Source: Candidatus Hatepunaea meridiana (GTDB lineage: Bacteria > Electryoneota > AABM5-125-24 > Hatepunaeales > Hatepunaeaceae). From it: a stretch of 64,000 nt of DNA. Within the stretch, counting starts at the first letter, position 1. Each line of letters opens with the position of its first letter. The notes under the pieces are model-generated. The model searched no databases. It was given only the letters and a program-made list of their open reading frames with translations, and was not told the origin of the DNA. The stretch spans positions 14,800-78,799 of the forward strand of contig JAVCDD010000250.1 in assembly GCA_030765125.1 (NCBI GenBank), given 5' to 3'. The position numbers were made by a program, and so were the translations under genes. Below, in pieces: positions 47,855 through 57,094 of the stretch.

Positions 47855-48152
47855 TATGTGAATGGGATTTTCGGAGATGTTTCCTCCTGTTATACCGGTA
47901 ACGTTTAGTATAGTTGTATTTTATATTATAAGGCTTGCTTACCTTATTGGAAAATGTTATTTTATTAATAGTAATGCAGGTTTTTAAGTGAAACAAGTTC
48001 AAATACGAGCATTAGCGCTTAATCTTACAATAAATTATACAGTTATCTTAAGAAATCCTAAGATACTACGATTCAAAGCAGTATAAGTAGTGCCTGATTT
48101 ACCCAAGTATGAAAGCCTCTGCGTCCTCTGCGGTGCAATTATCTGGAAAAGC

Positions 48153-48620
48153 TTGATAGATAAAATCATAGGAAGAAACCGAAAAGCTCGGTTTAAGTAT
48201 CATATAGAATCCAGCTTCGAGGCTGGTATTGTCTTGTGTGGCAGCGAGGTTAAATCATTACGCAGCGGTCACGTCAGTTTTGAAGACGCTCATGCAGTCA
48301 TTCGCAATGGTGAGATATTCCTGCGTTCTCTGCATATTGCCGGTTATGACAAGGCACGAGGTGGTGGACACGATCCGATTGCAGAACGCAAGTTACTGCT
48401 GAAAAGAAACGAAATCAAGAAGCTTGAGCATAAAGTCTTAACAAAAGGCGTTACCTTGGTCCCAACGATGGTATATTTCAAACGAGGCTGGGCAAAGGTC
48501 GAGATCGCAATTGCTACTGGAAAACGTAAATATGACAAACGCCAGGTAATTATGGAACGGGATCAAAAGCGGGAATTGGATCGTTTTAACAAAATGCGTA
48601 AAAGGTGGACGGGGAAGTAG
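48153..48620 (+). CDS. smpB: SsrA-binding protein
   Basis: NRKARFKYHIESSFEAGIVLCGSEVKSLR and the KRKYDKR tail are classic SmpB features. I shortened the track ORF because its first 21 codons are read through an accgcagag-family repeat. The start is uncertain; I chose the TTG at 48153. Confidence 0.85.
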   Translation: MIDKIIGRNRKARFKYHIESSFEAGIVLCGSEVKSLRSGHVSFEDAHAVIRNGEIFLRSLHIAGYDKARGGGHDPIAERKLLLKRNEIKKLEHKVLTKGVTLVPTMVYFKRGWAKVEIAIATGKRKYDKRQVIMERDQKRELDRFNKMRKRWTGK

Positions 48621-48623
48621 GAA

Positions 48624-48658
48624 TTAGGCTTTAGGCTTTCCTAAAGCCTAAAGCCTAA
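48624..48658 (+). terminator. Perfect 16-bp hairpin between smpB and tyrS
   Basis: ttaggctttaggcttt-cct-aaagcctaaagcctaa. There is no clear U-tract, so this is a terminator-like or processing hairpin. Confidence 0.45.
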
Positions 48659-48671
48659 AGCTAAAAATACT

Positions 48672-49937
48672 ATGCAAACACACACAAAATTCCTGCCGGT
48701 CAAAGAACAGATCAGCCGACTTAAAGACGGTGTAGCACCTGTTGAGATTATTGACATGGAAGGACTAACACAGAAATTAGAACAATCCCGTTCGGAAAAC
48801 AGACCGTTGCGCGTCAAACAAGGCTTTGATGCGTCTGCACCTGACCTGCATATCGGTCATTCGGTGTCAATCTGGAAGCTCAAGACATTCCAGGAATTGG
48901 GACATAAGGTCGTTTTCCTTATTGGCGATTTTACAGGTATGGTCGGAGATCCATCTGGAAAATCCAAGACTCGTCCCCGGTTAACACGTGAAGAGGTCGA
49001 AGTTAATGCCCAAACATATCGCGATCAAGTCTACAAGATACTCGATCCGGAAATGACCGAAGTTCGCTTCAACAGCGAATGGCACGGGCAGCGAAATATT
49101 TACGAATTCCTCGAATTGACGAGCCACTACACTATCCGCCGTATGCTCGAACGTGATGATTTCTGGAAACGATTCCAAGCTGAAAAACCGATTTCAATAA
49201 TGGAATTCCTCTATCCACTTATTCAGGCTTACGATTCTGTAGCGCTCAAAGCTGACATCGAACTCGGAGGAACGGATCAAAAGTTTAATCTCGTGCTGAC
49301 TCGCCATATTCAACGCGCTTATGGACAGGATCCTCAAGTTTTGCTCCTTATGCCCCTGCTTTGTGGAACCGGAGGCAAGGAAAAGATGTCCAAATCGTTA
49401 GGGAATGCGATAGGCATTACCGACTCACCTGATGATATCTACGGAAAAATCATGTCCATACCTGATGATATGATCCGTGAATATTATCTTATGTGTTCTG
49501 GAATTGAAAATAGAGAAATAGACAATATACTGTCACAAAATGATCCATATCAAGCCAAACACAAGTTAGCAAATACCATAGTTTCAAAATACTATGATGA
49601 AAACAAAGCAAGGTGTGCCGCTCAGCAATTTCTGTCTCTTTTCAAAAATAAGGATTTACCATCACCCGCTGAATTGATTGAGGACAATGCTGCAGTCAGG
49701 ATTGACAATGAGGTTGAATGGCTGCCTCGGATAATTGTAACTGCCGGTGGAGCAAAATCCAATGCTGAAGCAAACCGTCTGATAAAAGCCGGTGCGGTCT
49801 CTATTGACTGCGTCAAAGTTCAAGCGGAAGGGAAAAACCTCGATATCCGGATTGAAGCGCCGTTTATATTGAAGGTCGGTAAACGTAGGTTCTATCTGAT
49901 CTATCGCAATGAAGAACAGCTTAAGCAATTGTGTTAA
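48672..49937 (+). CDS. tyrS: Tyrosine--tRNA ligase
   Basis: HIGH-type motif (DLHIGH), KMSKS, and a C-terminal S4-like domain (EANRLIKAGAVSID). Confidence 0.95.
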   Translation: MQTHTKFLPVKEQISRLKDGVAPVEIIDMEGLTQKLEQSRSENRPLRVKQGFDASAPDLHIGHSVSIWKLKTFQELGHKVVFLIGDFTGMVGDPSGKSKTRPRLTREEVEVNAQTYRDQVYKILDPEMTEVRFNSEWHGQRNIYEFLELTSHYTIRRMLERDDFWKRFQAEKPISIMEFLYPLIQAYDSVALKADIELGGTDQKFNLVLTRHIQRAYGQDPQVLLLMPLLCGTGGKEKMSKSLGNAIGITDSPDDIYGKIMSIPDDMIREYYLMCSGIENREIDNILSQNDPYQAKHKLANTIVSKYYDENKARCAAQQFLSLFKNKDLPSPAELIEDNAAVRIDNEVEWLPRIIVTAGGAKSNAEANRLIKAGAVSIDCVKVQAEGKNLDIRIEAPFILKVGKRRFYLIYRNEEQLKQLC

Positions 49938-50935
49938 ACGGCAAGCTAAATAGCAATAACGGCGTGCTTGCCCGGTTCCAGGAACCGATTATTGATGACC
50001 TGAAGAGATTCCGCAAACAGTACAGCCTTACATTACAGACCGAATTCAAGGTTATTAATCGGGTCGTTGCATATCTATCCCGAACACACGGCAAAGGACT
50101 GCGACCGACTTTGACTTTGCTCTGCGCCCGGTTGGGCGACGAAAGCGTAAATGATAACGCTATCAGGGCGGCAGTGATCGTTGAACTGCTGCACGAAGCG
50201 ACCCTTGTACACGACGACGTAGTCGATGAATCAGACCAGAGACGTGGGTTCCCTTCACTACCGGCACGCTTTAAGAACAAAATAGCAGTGCTGTTCGGTG
50301 ATTTTATGCTCGCCAGCGTTCTTAGAGAAACGCTGTCCGCACGCGATTTGCAATGGCTCGATATACTGTCCGATACATCTCGTCGGATGGCAAAAGGCGA
50401 GCTTGTTCAAGCTGTCCGTGCGAAACGACTCGATATGGATAAGGATGACTACCTAAAGATGATCGGTGACAAGACTGCGGCGCTTTTCAACGCTTCCTGC
50501 CAATTGGGAGGCTTGACAGCGGGATTGCCGGAAGGAAGTGTAACAGCGCTTGGTGAGTATGGCGAGAAATTAGGGATCGCATTTCAGATACGTGACGATA
50601 TGCTCGACCTGTTCGGTGATGGGCGAGGTCTTGGTAAACCCGTCGGTGGTGATTTGAAAGAAAAAAAACTGACGCTGCCGTTGTTAGCAGCATTATCCCG
50701 TGTAGGTAAACGTGAAGCGAGTCGCATTAAAGCACGGATACGACGTGGAATTAAAAGGAAAGAGATTAAAAACATCATTGAATTTGTGCGTAGTAATAAC
50801 GGTGATAACTACGCCACTGAATATATGAATTCAGTAGCAAAACAGGCAGTTCAAGCGCTTGACACCATACCTGATTCATTGATCAGGAAGTTATTGGTTG
50901 ATTTAGCGGAATTTGCTGTTATTAGAGGAAAATAG
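49931..50935 (+). CDS. Long-chain polyprenyl diphosphate synthase
   Basis: First and second aspartate-rich motifs LVHDDVVDESD and QIRDDMLD. The GTG start overlaps the tyrS stop. Confidence 0.9.
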   Translation: MLNGKLNSNNGVLARFQEPIIDDLKRFRKQYSLTLQTEFKVINRVVAYLSRTHGKGLRPTLTLLCARLGDESVNDNAIRAAVIVELLHEATLVHDDVVDESDQRRGFPSLPARFKNKIAVLFGDFMLASVLRETLSARDLQWLDILSDTSRRMAKGELVQAVRAKRLDMDKDDYLKMIGDKTAALFNASCQLGGLTAGLPEGSVTALGEYGEKLGIAFQIRDDMLDLFGDGRGLGKPVGGDLKEKKLTLPLLAALSRVGKREASRIKARIRRGIKRKEIKNIIEFVRSNNGDNYATEYMNSVAKQAVQALDTIPDSLIRKLLVDLAEFAVIRGK

Positions 50936-50936
50936 A

Positions 50937-51932
50937 ATGACTGCACGAATTATTATTGTTATTATTTCGGTTCTGTCTTTTCTGTGTGGCTGCAGTACAG
51001 ATAAACCGCAGAGTTATAAATACAACGAAGCAAACTACACTTTGGAAATCCAAGCAGTTGCAGGTGATATAGGCAGAAAGAAATGTTCATCTCTTATGAA
51101 AGATGCCGCAAAGGTATTCAGTGACAGATTGGATTTGATTCGTGGTGAAAACAGCGTTGTTGATAAACTGAATTCGCAACGGGATTCGGTTGAAATTCCA
51201 CCCGAATTCTATTCGTTGTTATCGAGGATTGACACCCTTAGCAAGTCAACAGGGGATACTTGGAGTGCATGCTTAGGTGAGGTTAGGAAATTATGGGGAT
51301 TCAATTCGTCCAAACCATCACGTCCCGATCCCGATATCATTTCCCAACAAGCTAGAGCTGCTTCATTAACCGAGATAGTATTATTGGAAGGAAATAGAGT
51401 TTCTTTATTAGGCGAAGGTTCTCTATATTTGAGAAGCGTTTCTATAGGTTGGGCATTGGACGCAGCAGCACAGGTTATGATCGATGGTGACGTTGAAGCG
51501 GCGATGTTGGAAGCAGGCGGTGTTTACCGCTCTTGGGGAAGTCCATCTGCCAAAGATAAATGGATAATAACCGTAAAAGCGCCATCCAGTGACAGTACAG
51601 AATATAAAATATCACCGGACGCAGGGGGAATGTGCCTTATAAACCTAAGTGATATCGAAGTGGACATTGGTGATGGTAAGATCAATGATATTATTGATCC
51701 ATTGGATGGAGAACCGGCGGAGGGTATGATTAACCTCATCGTCTGGACACCTGATGCAATGCAAACGTGTATATTTGCCGAAGCTACGTTTGTTATGGGA
51801 CGTGGATGTATGTTGAATTGGATTGAAGGTATAGATTCAGTCGGCGTTTTCTTTATCTGGTCTGATGATATTGATACATACGCAGAAAGTAATACTTTTA
51901 TGGAAAAATGGATTTCGATATTCGTACCGTAA
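50937..51932 (+). CDS. ApbE-like (FAD:protein FMN transferase family) lipoprotein
   Basis: I trimmed the start to the ATG at 50937 after GAGGAAA. Lipobox FLCGCS. ApbE-like blocks: RKLWGF....P, EAGGV, and IIDPLDGEP near the C-terminus. Confidence 0.6.
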   Translation: MTARIIIVIISVLSFLCGCSTDKPQSYKYNEANYTLEIQAVAGDIGRKKCSSLMKDAAKVFSDRLDLIRGENSVVDKLNSQRDSVEIPPEFYSLLSRIDTLSKSTGDTWSACLGEVRKLWGFNSSKPSRPDPDIISQQARAASLTEIVLLEGNRVSLLGEGSLYLRSVSIGWALDAAAQVMIDGDVEAAMLEAGGVYRSWGSPSAKDKWIITVKAPSSDSTEYKISPDAGGMCLINLSDIEVDIGDGKINDIIDPLDGEPAEGMINLIVWTPDAMQTCIFAEATFVMGRGCMLNWIEGIDSVGVFFIWSDDIDTYAESNTFMEKWISIFVP

Positions 51933-51946
51933 TTTTCAGTAGATCA

Positions 51947-52142
51947 GACACTCTCAGGCTGTCTGAGAATAACTAATCGGGAGCGACAGGCGTCCCTGCC
52001 TGTCGTGTATGTTGCTAAATATCAATATATAAGCCGACAGACAGGGACGCCTGTCGCTCCTGATTTCCTGTTTTCGGACAGCTTGCTCTTGTCTGACTCG
52101 TGGTCTGTCGGACAAGAGTGTCCAACCTACTGATGAAATCAT
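51947..52142. repeat. About 195-bp composite nested palindrome
   Basis: The inner arms are 26 nt, ggagcgacaggcgtccctgcctgtcg (51990..52015) and the complement at 52045..52070, with 1 mismatch. The outer arms are imperfect, cagtagatcagacactct / agagtgtccaacctactg. The 72-aa track ORF here is an artefact of the repeat. Confidence 0.85.
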
Positions 52143-52205
52143 CTGCAAGGAAACAACCTGAACCCAAAACACCTATTAATTATCCGTCTTAGTTCGCTTG
52201 GAGAC

Positions 52206-53207
52206 GTGGTATTAACCACTTTGCTACTGAGATGCCTGCGTAATCGCTTCAAAGAAACTGCAATTGATATGTTGACTAAAGAGCAGTATCTCCCATTACT
52301 TGACAACTGCGATTATATTGATAAGATATTAGCATATCCCGATGAATCATCAGCAAAACGAAATTTCCGGAATGAGCTGGCTGCTAACAAGTATGATACA
52401 GTAATCGATCTGCAAAATAGCTTTTCCAGCCGGTTTATTACATCCACTATTAAACCACGACGATTATACCGCTTCAAGCGTCATAGAATTAACAGATGGA
52501 TCAGGATTCACTTACCTACACAACGACACAAATTGCAAATACCACCGCCGGTGGCTATAGATTATCTTAATACTGCTTCTCCACTTACAGCATTGGATGA
52601 TAGCAAGGGATTAGTATTAAATGTTAATACGCATTCGGTTATAAGAATCAAGGAACTACTATCCAGCTACAGTGAAAAAATTAGCGTTTCTAATGAGGTC
52701 AAACCGTTGCTGCTATCGCCTGGAGCCAGACACCCAACTAAGATATGGCTTGCAGAACATTGGTCTAAATTGATGCAGATTGCTTACGAAGCAGGTTATA
52801 AATCCCAGGTTTTAATCGGCAGCAAGGAAGATTTTAAGTTACTTGAAACGATCAAATCGAAGATTGATTTCCCTGTATTAAATACTGCCGGAACAACCAG
52901 TTTAAGTGAACTTGTAGCGTTGGTAAATTCAGGAAGTGCACTGATTTCCAGTGACAGCGGTCCTATGCACATCGCCTCAGCGGTAAATACGCCGGTGGTT
53001 GCGATCTTTGGTCCGACAACACCAGAGTTAGGCTTTGCACCTTTCCGTTGTCAAAGTGAGATTGTCCAGGCTGATGAACTTTTGACTTGTCGTCCCTGTC
53101 ATCCCCACGGTCCAGTGAAATGCCCGCGTAAGCATTTCCGTTGTATGAAAGATATAAGTCCGGATATAGTATTTGATGCGCTTGAAAGAGTTATGAGAGT
53201 TGCTTGA
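52206..53207 (+). CDS. Glycosyltransferase family 9 (LPS heptosyltransferase-like); true start is probably upstream of the track start
   Basis: C-terminal GT9 block SGSALISSDSGPMHIASAVNTPVVAIFGPT. The conserved N-terminal HLLIIRLSSLGD is encoded in-frame at 52170..52205, upstream of the first ATG/GTG/TTG. Confidence 0.8.
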   Translation: MVLTTLLLRCLRNRFKETAIDMLTKEQYLPLLDNCDYIDKILAYPDESSAKRNFRNELAANKYDTVIDLQNSFSSRFITSTIKPRRLYRFKRHRINRWIRIHLPTQRHKLQIPPPVAIDYLNTASPLTALDDSKGLVLNVNTHSVIRIKELLSSYSEKISVSNEVKPLLLSPGARHPTKIWLAEHWSKLMQIAYEAGYKSQVLIGSKEDFKLLETIKSKIDFPVLNTAGTTSLSELVALVNSGSALISSDSGPMHIASAVNTPVVAIFGPTTPELGFAPFRCQSEIVQADELLTCRPCHPHGPVKCPRKHFRCMKDISPDIVFDALERVMRVA

Positions 53208-53215
53208 TGTAAACC

Positions 53216-53347
53216 CGCGTAGGTGTGAGAAATCTGGGGACAGTATACCTGTTTTATCTTTTGTCCTTAAAAAACATAAAGCTTTTTAATAAAAAGGTAT
53301 ACTGTCCTCAGATTTCCAGTGGGGCTAAATAGATCTTTCCCTACGCG
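53216..53347. repeat. Nested inverted repeat between the GT9 gene and kdtA
   Basis: Outer pair: cgcgtagg (53216..53223) / cctacgcg (53340..53347). Inner pair is a 21-bp stem, gaaatctggggacagtatacc (53229..53249) / ggtatactgtcctcagatttc (53296..53316), with 1 mismatch. A half copy lies at about 6723..6752. Confidence 0.8.
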
Positions 53348-53372
53348 TAACGAAATGAAGAGGAATATCTAA

Positions 53373-54668
53373 TTGGATCGTTCAACAATACCCAGAGGAT
53401 TATGGTTTATATTATATGATATTATTCATAATCTGGGTATTTTATTAGCACATATAGTATCACCTTTTAATGGTAAATTGAGAAAAACACTCAAGGGTAG
53501 ACGAAAAGGTGTTGACGGTTGGACAATCGGTTCTGCTGATGCACGTGATTGTGTTCTTTTACATGTGGCATCTTATGGTGAATTTGAGGGCATCAGACCG
53601 CTTATTGACCGCTTGAATAATACCGGGAAATACCGAGTTGCTATATCCTTTTCTTCTCCATCAGCAGCGAAGACTGTCAGCGCTAAATCAGAATTGTGGG
53701 CGTATGGATATCTTCCGAATGATTATATATATCAGCAGCTCAAATTATTTGGAAGGCTGGACCCAAGGCTCATACTAATTTCCAAGCACGATTTTTGGCC
53801 CAACTTATTACGTGCAGCAAAGTCGCTGGATATCCCCGTCATTCTAATAAACGCTAATTTCCACTCCGGATCACACCGAACATTGCCAGTTGTCAGATCT
53901 TTTCATCGAACCTTTATGAAACATCTACACGCTGTATGGACGGTATCAGAAACAGATGCTAAACGTGTTGAACCATTACTGTCAATCGGAACAGAACTCC
54001 TATCCGTCGGTGATACTCGATATGATCGCGTCAGGCAACGCGCTATTAAAGGAAAAGAAAGGTTTAACAATTTAAGAAAAGCTCTTCAACCCGGGCCGGT
54101 GATGATAGCAGGCAGTACTTGGCAGCAGGGTGAGAAGATATGCTGGGCGGCATTTTTATCTATCGTAAAGGAATTACCAGAAGCAAAATTAGTTGTCGTC
54201 CCACACGAACCGACATCTGAAGCTCTCAATCGCAACCAAGCTATAGCTTCAGCCAATCAATTGAAAGTGTGTCTGTTTTCTAAATGGGATGGTAAGAAAA
54301 TTGGTGAGCAGGTATTACTGGTGGACAGAATGGGTGTACTTGCTGACCTTTACACTGTAGGCTGGGCAGCTTACGTCGGGGGCGGTTTCGGCAAGGGTAT
54401 TCACAGTGTTATCGAACCGGCAGCGCACGGTCTTCCTGTGATGTTCGGTCCCAATCATCACGTCTCACATGAAGCAAGCCTGTTGTTGGAAGCAGGTGGC
54501 GGATTTGTGGTTAAAACAGCAAAAGACATTGAAAAGCTATGGCATAAATGGCTTGTTGATTCTAACAGCTATAAACAAGCTTCCGACGCCGCTGCAAACG
54601 TAGTTATGTCGCGCGAAGGTACAGCTGAAAGAATTATAGAATTGCTTGAACCGTACTTATACCGGTAG
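53373..54668 (+). CDS. waaA: 3-deoxy-D-manno-octulosonic acid (Kdo) transferase
   Basis: LHVASYGEFEGIRPLIDRL (the SxGE motif of GT30), VVPHEP, and the C-terminal GGGF.KG.HSVIEPAA.G.PV..GP. Confidence 0.9.
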   Translation: MDRSTIPRGLWFILYDIIHNLGILLAHIVSPFNGKLRKTLKGRRKGVDGWTIGSADARDCVLLHVASYGEFEGIRPLIDRLNNTGKYRVAISFSSPSAAKTVSAKSELWAYGYLPNDYIYQQLKLFGRLDPRLILISKHDFWPNLLRAAKSLDIPVILINANFHSGSHRTLPVVRSFHRTFMKHLHAVWTVSETDAKRVEPLLSIGTELLSVGDTRYDRVRQRAIKGKERFNNLRKALQPGPVMIAGSTWQQGEKICWAAFLSIVKELPEAKLVVVPHEPTSEALNRNQAIASANQLKVCLFSKWDGKKIGEQVLLVDRMGVLADLYTVGWAAYVGGGFGKGIHSVIEPAAHGLPVMFGPNHHVSHEASLLLEAGGGFVVKTAKDIEKLWHKWLVDSNSYKQASDAAANVVMSREGTAERIIELLEPYLYR

Positions 54669-54730
54669 TATACGCCTCCGTGCATGTGAATCCTCGCAGG
54701 CAGAAACGCATACGCTACTGGAAATATGAA

Positions 54731-54818
54731 AAAATAGTAGAAGCGACACTCTTGTCGCTTGCACAACGTCTTTGAAATAAGAAAGTTCAAGCGACAAGAG
54801 TGTCGCTTCTACTATTTT
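54731..54818. repeat. 88-bp palindromic element (reference copy): perfect 31-nt arms and a 26-nt spacer
   Basis: aaaatagtagaagcgacactcttgtcgcttg (54731..54761) and its exact reverse complement (54788..54818). Confidence 0.95.
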
Positions 54819-54829
54819 TAAAGGAAAAT

Positions 54830-55546
54830 ATGGCAATTCTCGAACTGAAAGATGTATCTTATATTTACCCGGGTTCTACCGGAGCTGCTCTGGATAATAT
54901 TTCGTTAATAATAGAGACCGGTCAACATATTGCTCTATTGGGCGCTAATGGCAGCGGGAAAAGCACTTTGGCAGGGATTGCTGCCGGGCTGTTCAATCCA
55001 ACTTCTGGTGAGGTAATTTCGTCAGGGAATGAGAGCTATCGTGGTTGGAACGGCATGGGATTACTCTTCCAGAATCCTGACGAACAACTGTTATGCCAGA
55101 ATGTTGAGAGTGAAATTGCTTGGGGCTTGGAAAATATTGGCGTTCATCCGGATGAGATGAGAGTAAGGGTTTGCGAAACACTTGAGATGTTTGAATTGAC
55201 AAATAAAGCTAAGACTTCCCCAGATACCTTAAGTGACGGTTGGAAACAGATTACAGCATTAGCTGCAATAGTTGCAATGCATCCTGATTTTTTAATCCTT
55301 GATGAAGTAACTGCATTCTTAGATCCTTATTGGACAACAAAGATACGAAGAATGATCGGAAAACTTACCGAAAGGTCGGGATTATTGTGGATTTCAACAA
55401 ATACTATTGATGCGATGCATGCTGATGAAGTCCTTGTAATCCGGAATGGACAGATAGTAACCAAAGGAACACCGCAAGTAGTCCTGAACACTGAACTGCT
55501 TAAAAATGCAGGAATTGAACCCATACATAATTCGATTGAAAGATAA
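54830..55546 (+). CDS. ABC ATPase, ECF-transporter EcfA-like, with variant signature and H-loop
   Basis: I trimmed the start to the ATG at 54830, because the track N-terminus is repeat-derived. Walker A GANGSGKST, Q-loop LLFQNPDEQL, signature LSDGWKQ, Walker B FLILDEV, and H-loop position reading STN. Confidence 0.85.
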   Translation: MAILELKDVSYIYPGSTGAALDNISLIIETGQHIALLGANGSGKSTLAGIAAGLFNPTSGEVISSGNESYRGWNGMGLLFQNPDEQLLCQNVESEIAWGLENIGVHPDEMRVRVCETLEMFELTNKAKTSPDTLSDGWKQITALAAIVAMHPDFLILDEVTAFLDPYWTTKIRRMIGKLTERSGLLWISTNTIDAMHADEVLVIRNGQIVTKGTPQVVLNTELLKNAGIEPIHNSIER

Positions 55547-55554
55547 AGTAAGAA

Positions 55555-55618
55555 TCCACCGCAGAGTTCGCAAAGAACACAATTACCTCTCTGTGTTCTC
55601 TGCGCCCTCTGCGGTAAA
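55555..55618. repeat. accgcagag ... ctctgcggt hairpin repeat, copy 2
   Basis: accgcagag (55558..55566) / ctctgcggt (55607..55615), with an inner agaacaca / tgtgttct pairing. Confidence 0.75.
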
Positions 55619-55635
55619 AAACATGAGGAGAGAAA

Positions 55636-56949
55636 ATGAAACACCTTAGAATGCTCATTTTACTAACGGTTTTTATCAGTATTGTACTGTCAATTGGCAT
55701 TTTGGGTTGTAGTGGATCAACCACACCTTATGATCCAAACAATGATCCGAATCAAAGCCCGCCGCTGCCGCCGAGCAGCCTGTCAGCGGTTGCTGTATCG
55801 CTAACTGAGATTAGACTGACCTGGCGTGATAGGTCGTCGAACGAATCCGGATTCGAGTTATTTGAAAGCGTTGATTCCGACACAAATTTCTCGCTTATTC
55901 AACGCACTAATCAAAATGTAGAAATCTATGTATTTAACGGCAAATCCAGGGATCACGATTATTACTACAAAATAAGAGCGATCAATGAATTCGGAGCATC
56001 CAGGTTTACTGATCAAGTAACGGTAACCGGTGGAGCATTGATATTAACGATAGACTCTGGAGACAGTCCTGTGCTTTCGCTGGCATATAGTCCTCAAGGA
56101 AATTATATCATCGCTGGCTGCGGTGATTATCGAGTGCGTCGTTACGATGCAAGGAGCGGTGAAATGCTACAGAAGTTAGAAGGACATACAAACCTTGTCT
56201 ATGGTATAGCTTACAGCCCTGACAGTACTCGCTGGGCTTCAGGTTCTGACGATGAAACCATTATGGTCTGGAGTATGCTGAATCACCGGCTGGAATGGAC
56301 GCTTTATGACGATGATATGGGTGCGGTTCGCTCCATGGAATTCAGTTATGATGGTCGTTATCTTGCAGCGTTAAGTGGTTATGTTTACATCTGGGATATG
56401 GAAACGGGAGACCTGGCATATAAAATAGGTGATGAGGAATCAGGTGGAGTCGGCAGCTTTGCATATCACCCGGATGGTCGGCATATGATACTCTCTTTAG
56501 ATAATAAAATTCAGATATGGGAACCCGGTATAGTTGATTCAGCTTTATTGGGTAGACGTAGTATTTATCATATGGGTAGATTTACAATTAGTCCGGATGG
56601 TGAATACCTGGCAGGTGTAAGCAATAGTAATATTGTAGTCATGCAAATAATTAATAACAACGGTGAATTAGACATTGACACAACTGCTGTAGTTGCATCA
56701 TTAACAGAATCAGATGGTGGTCATACCGATGCAATTTATGCTCTGGATTTCAGCCCGGACGGTTTATATCTTGCTTCCGGCTCCCGCGATGATAACGTGA
56801 AGGTTTGGGATGCCGTAAACTTCACCTTGTTAGCCACAATGGATGCGCATGATGTTGCTGTCTACTGTCTTGCATTCAGTTCCAGCGGTGTGCACCTTGC
56901 TACGGGCGGTGGTGATACTAATATTAAGATTTGGAGTACGTTCTTCTGA
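55636..56949 (+). CDS. Lipoprotein with a fibronectin type III domain and a WD40 beta-propeller
   Basis: Lipobox ILGCSG. FN3-like LTWRDRSSNESGFELFES...YYYKIRAIN. Multiple WD40 units (GHT..VY.IAYSPD......SGS.D.T..VW). Confidence 0.85.
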   Translation: MKHLRMLILLTVFISIVLSIGILGCSGSTTPYDPNNDPNQSPPLPPSSLSAVAVSLTEIRLTWRDRSSNESGFELFESVDSDTNFSLIQRTNQNVEIYVFNGKSRDHDYYYKIRAINEFGASRFTDQVTVTGGALILTIDSGDSPVLSLAYSPQGNYIIAGCGDYRVRRYDARSGEMLQKLEGHTNLVYGIAYSPDSTRWASGSDDETIMVWSMLNHRLEWTLYDDDMGAVRSMEFSYDGRYLAALSGYVYIWDMETGDLAYKIGDEESGGVGSFAYHPDGRHMILSLDNKIQIWEPGIVDSALLGRRSIYHMGRFTISPDGEYLAGVSNSNIVVMQIINNNGELDIDTTAVVASLTESDGGHTDAIYALDFSPDGLYLASGSRDDNVKVWDAVNFTLLATMDAHDVAVYCLAFSSSGVHLATGGGDTNIKIWSTFF

Positions 56950-57094
56950 TTCTTGCACCGCAGAGGACGCAGAGAGCACAGAGGAAATTTTCCCATATCA
57001 ACCCGCTGTCAATCCGCTGTCAATCCGCCGCGGTTGACATCATTACCAAGTGTGTGCTGTCAAGTGCGGTGACTTGACAGCCGTTTAGGGTTTT

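Noticed and set aside
47855-48152. tmRNA (ssrA) or another structured RNA upstream of smpB
   Set aside because: The region is AT-rich and lacks a tRNA-like acceptor/T-arm or a GGGG 5-prime end. It holds only a half copy of the accgcagag repeat. It is most simply the divergent promoter region between the regulator gene and smpB.
48090-48152. The 21-codon N-terminal extension of SmpB proposed by the track ORF
   Set aside because: The extension (…ESLCVLCGAII…) is read through the gcctctgcgtcctctgcggtg repeat and has no counterpart in SmpB proteins. SmpB proteins normally begin a few residues before the NRKA motif.
51954-52172. 72-aa minus-strand ORF between the ApbE-like and GT9 genes
   Set aside because: It is encoded entirely by the 195-bp composite palindrome. 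Similar pseudo-ORFs arise at other repeat copies (33088..33279, 31243..31504, 54569..54790), so it is a repeat artefact.
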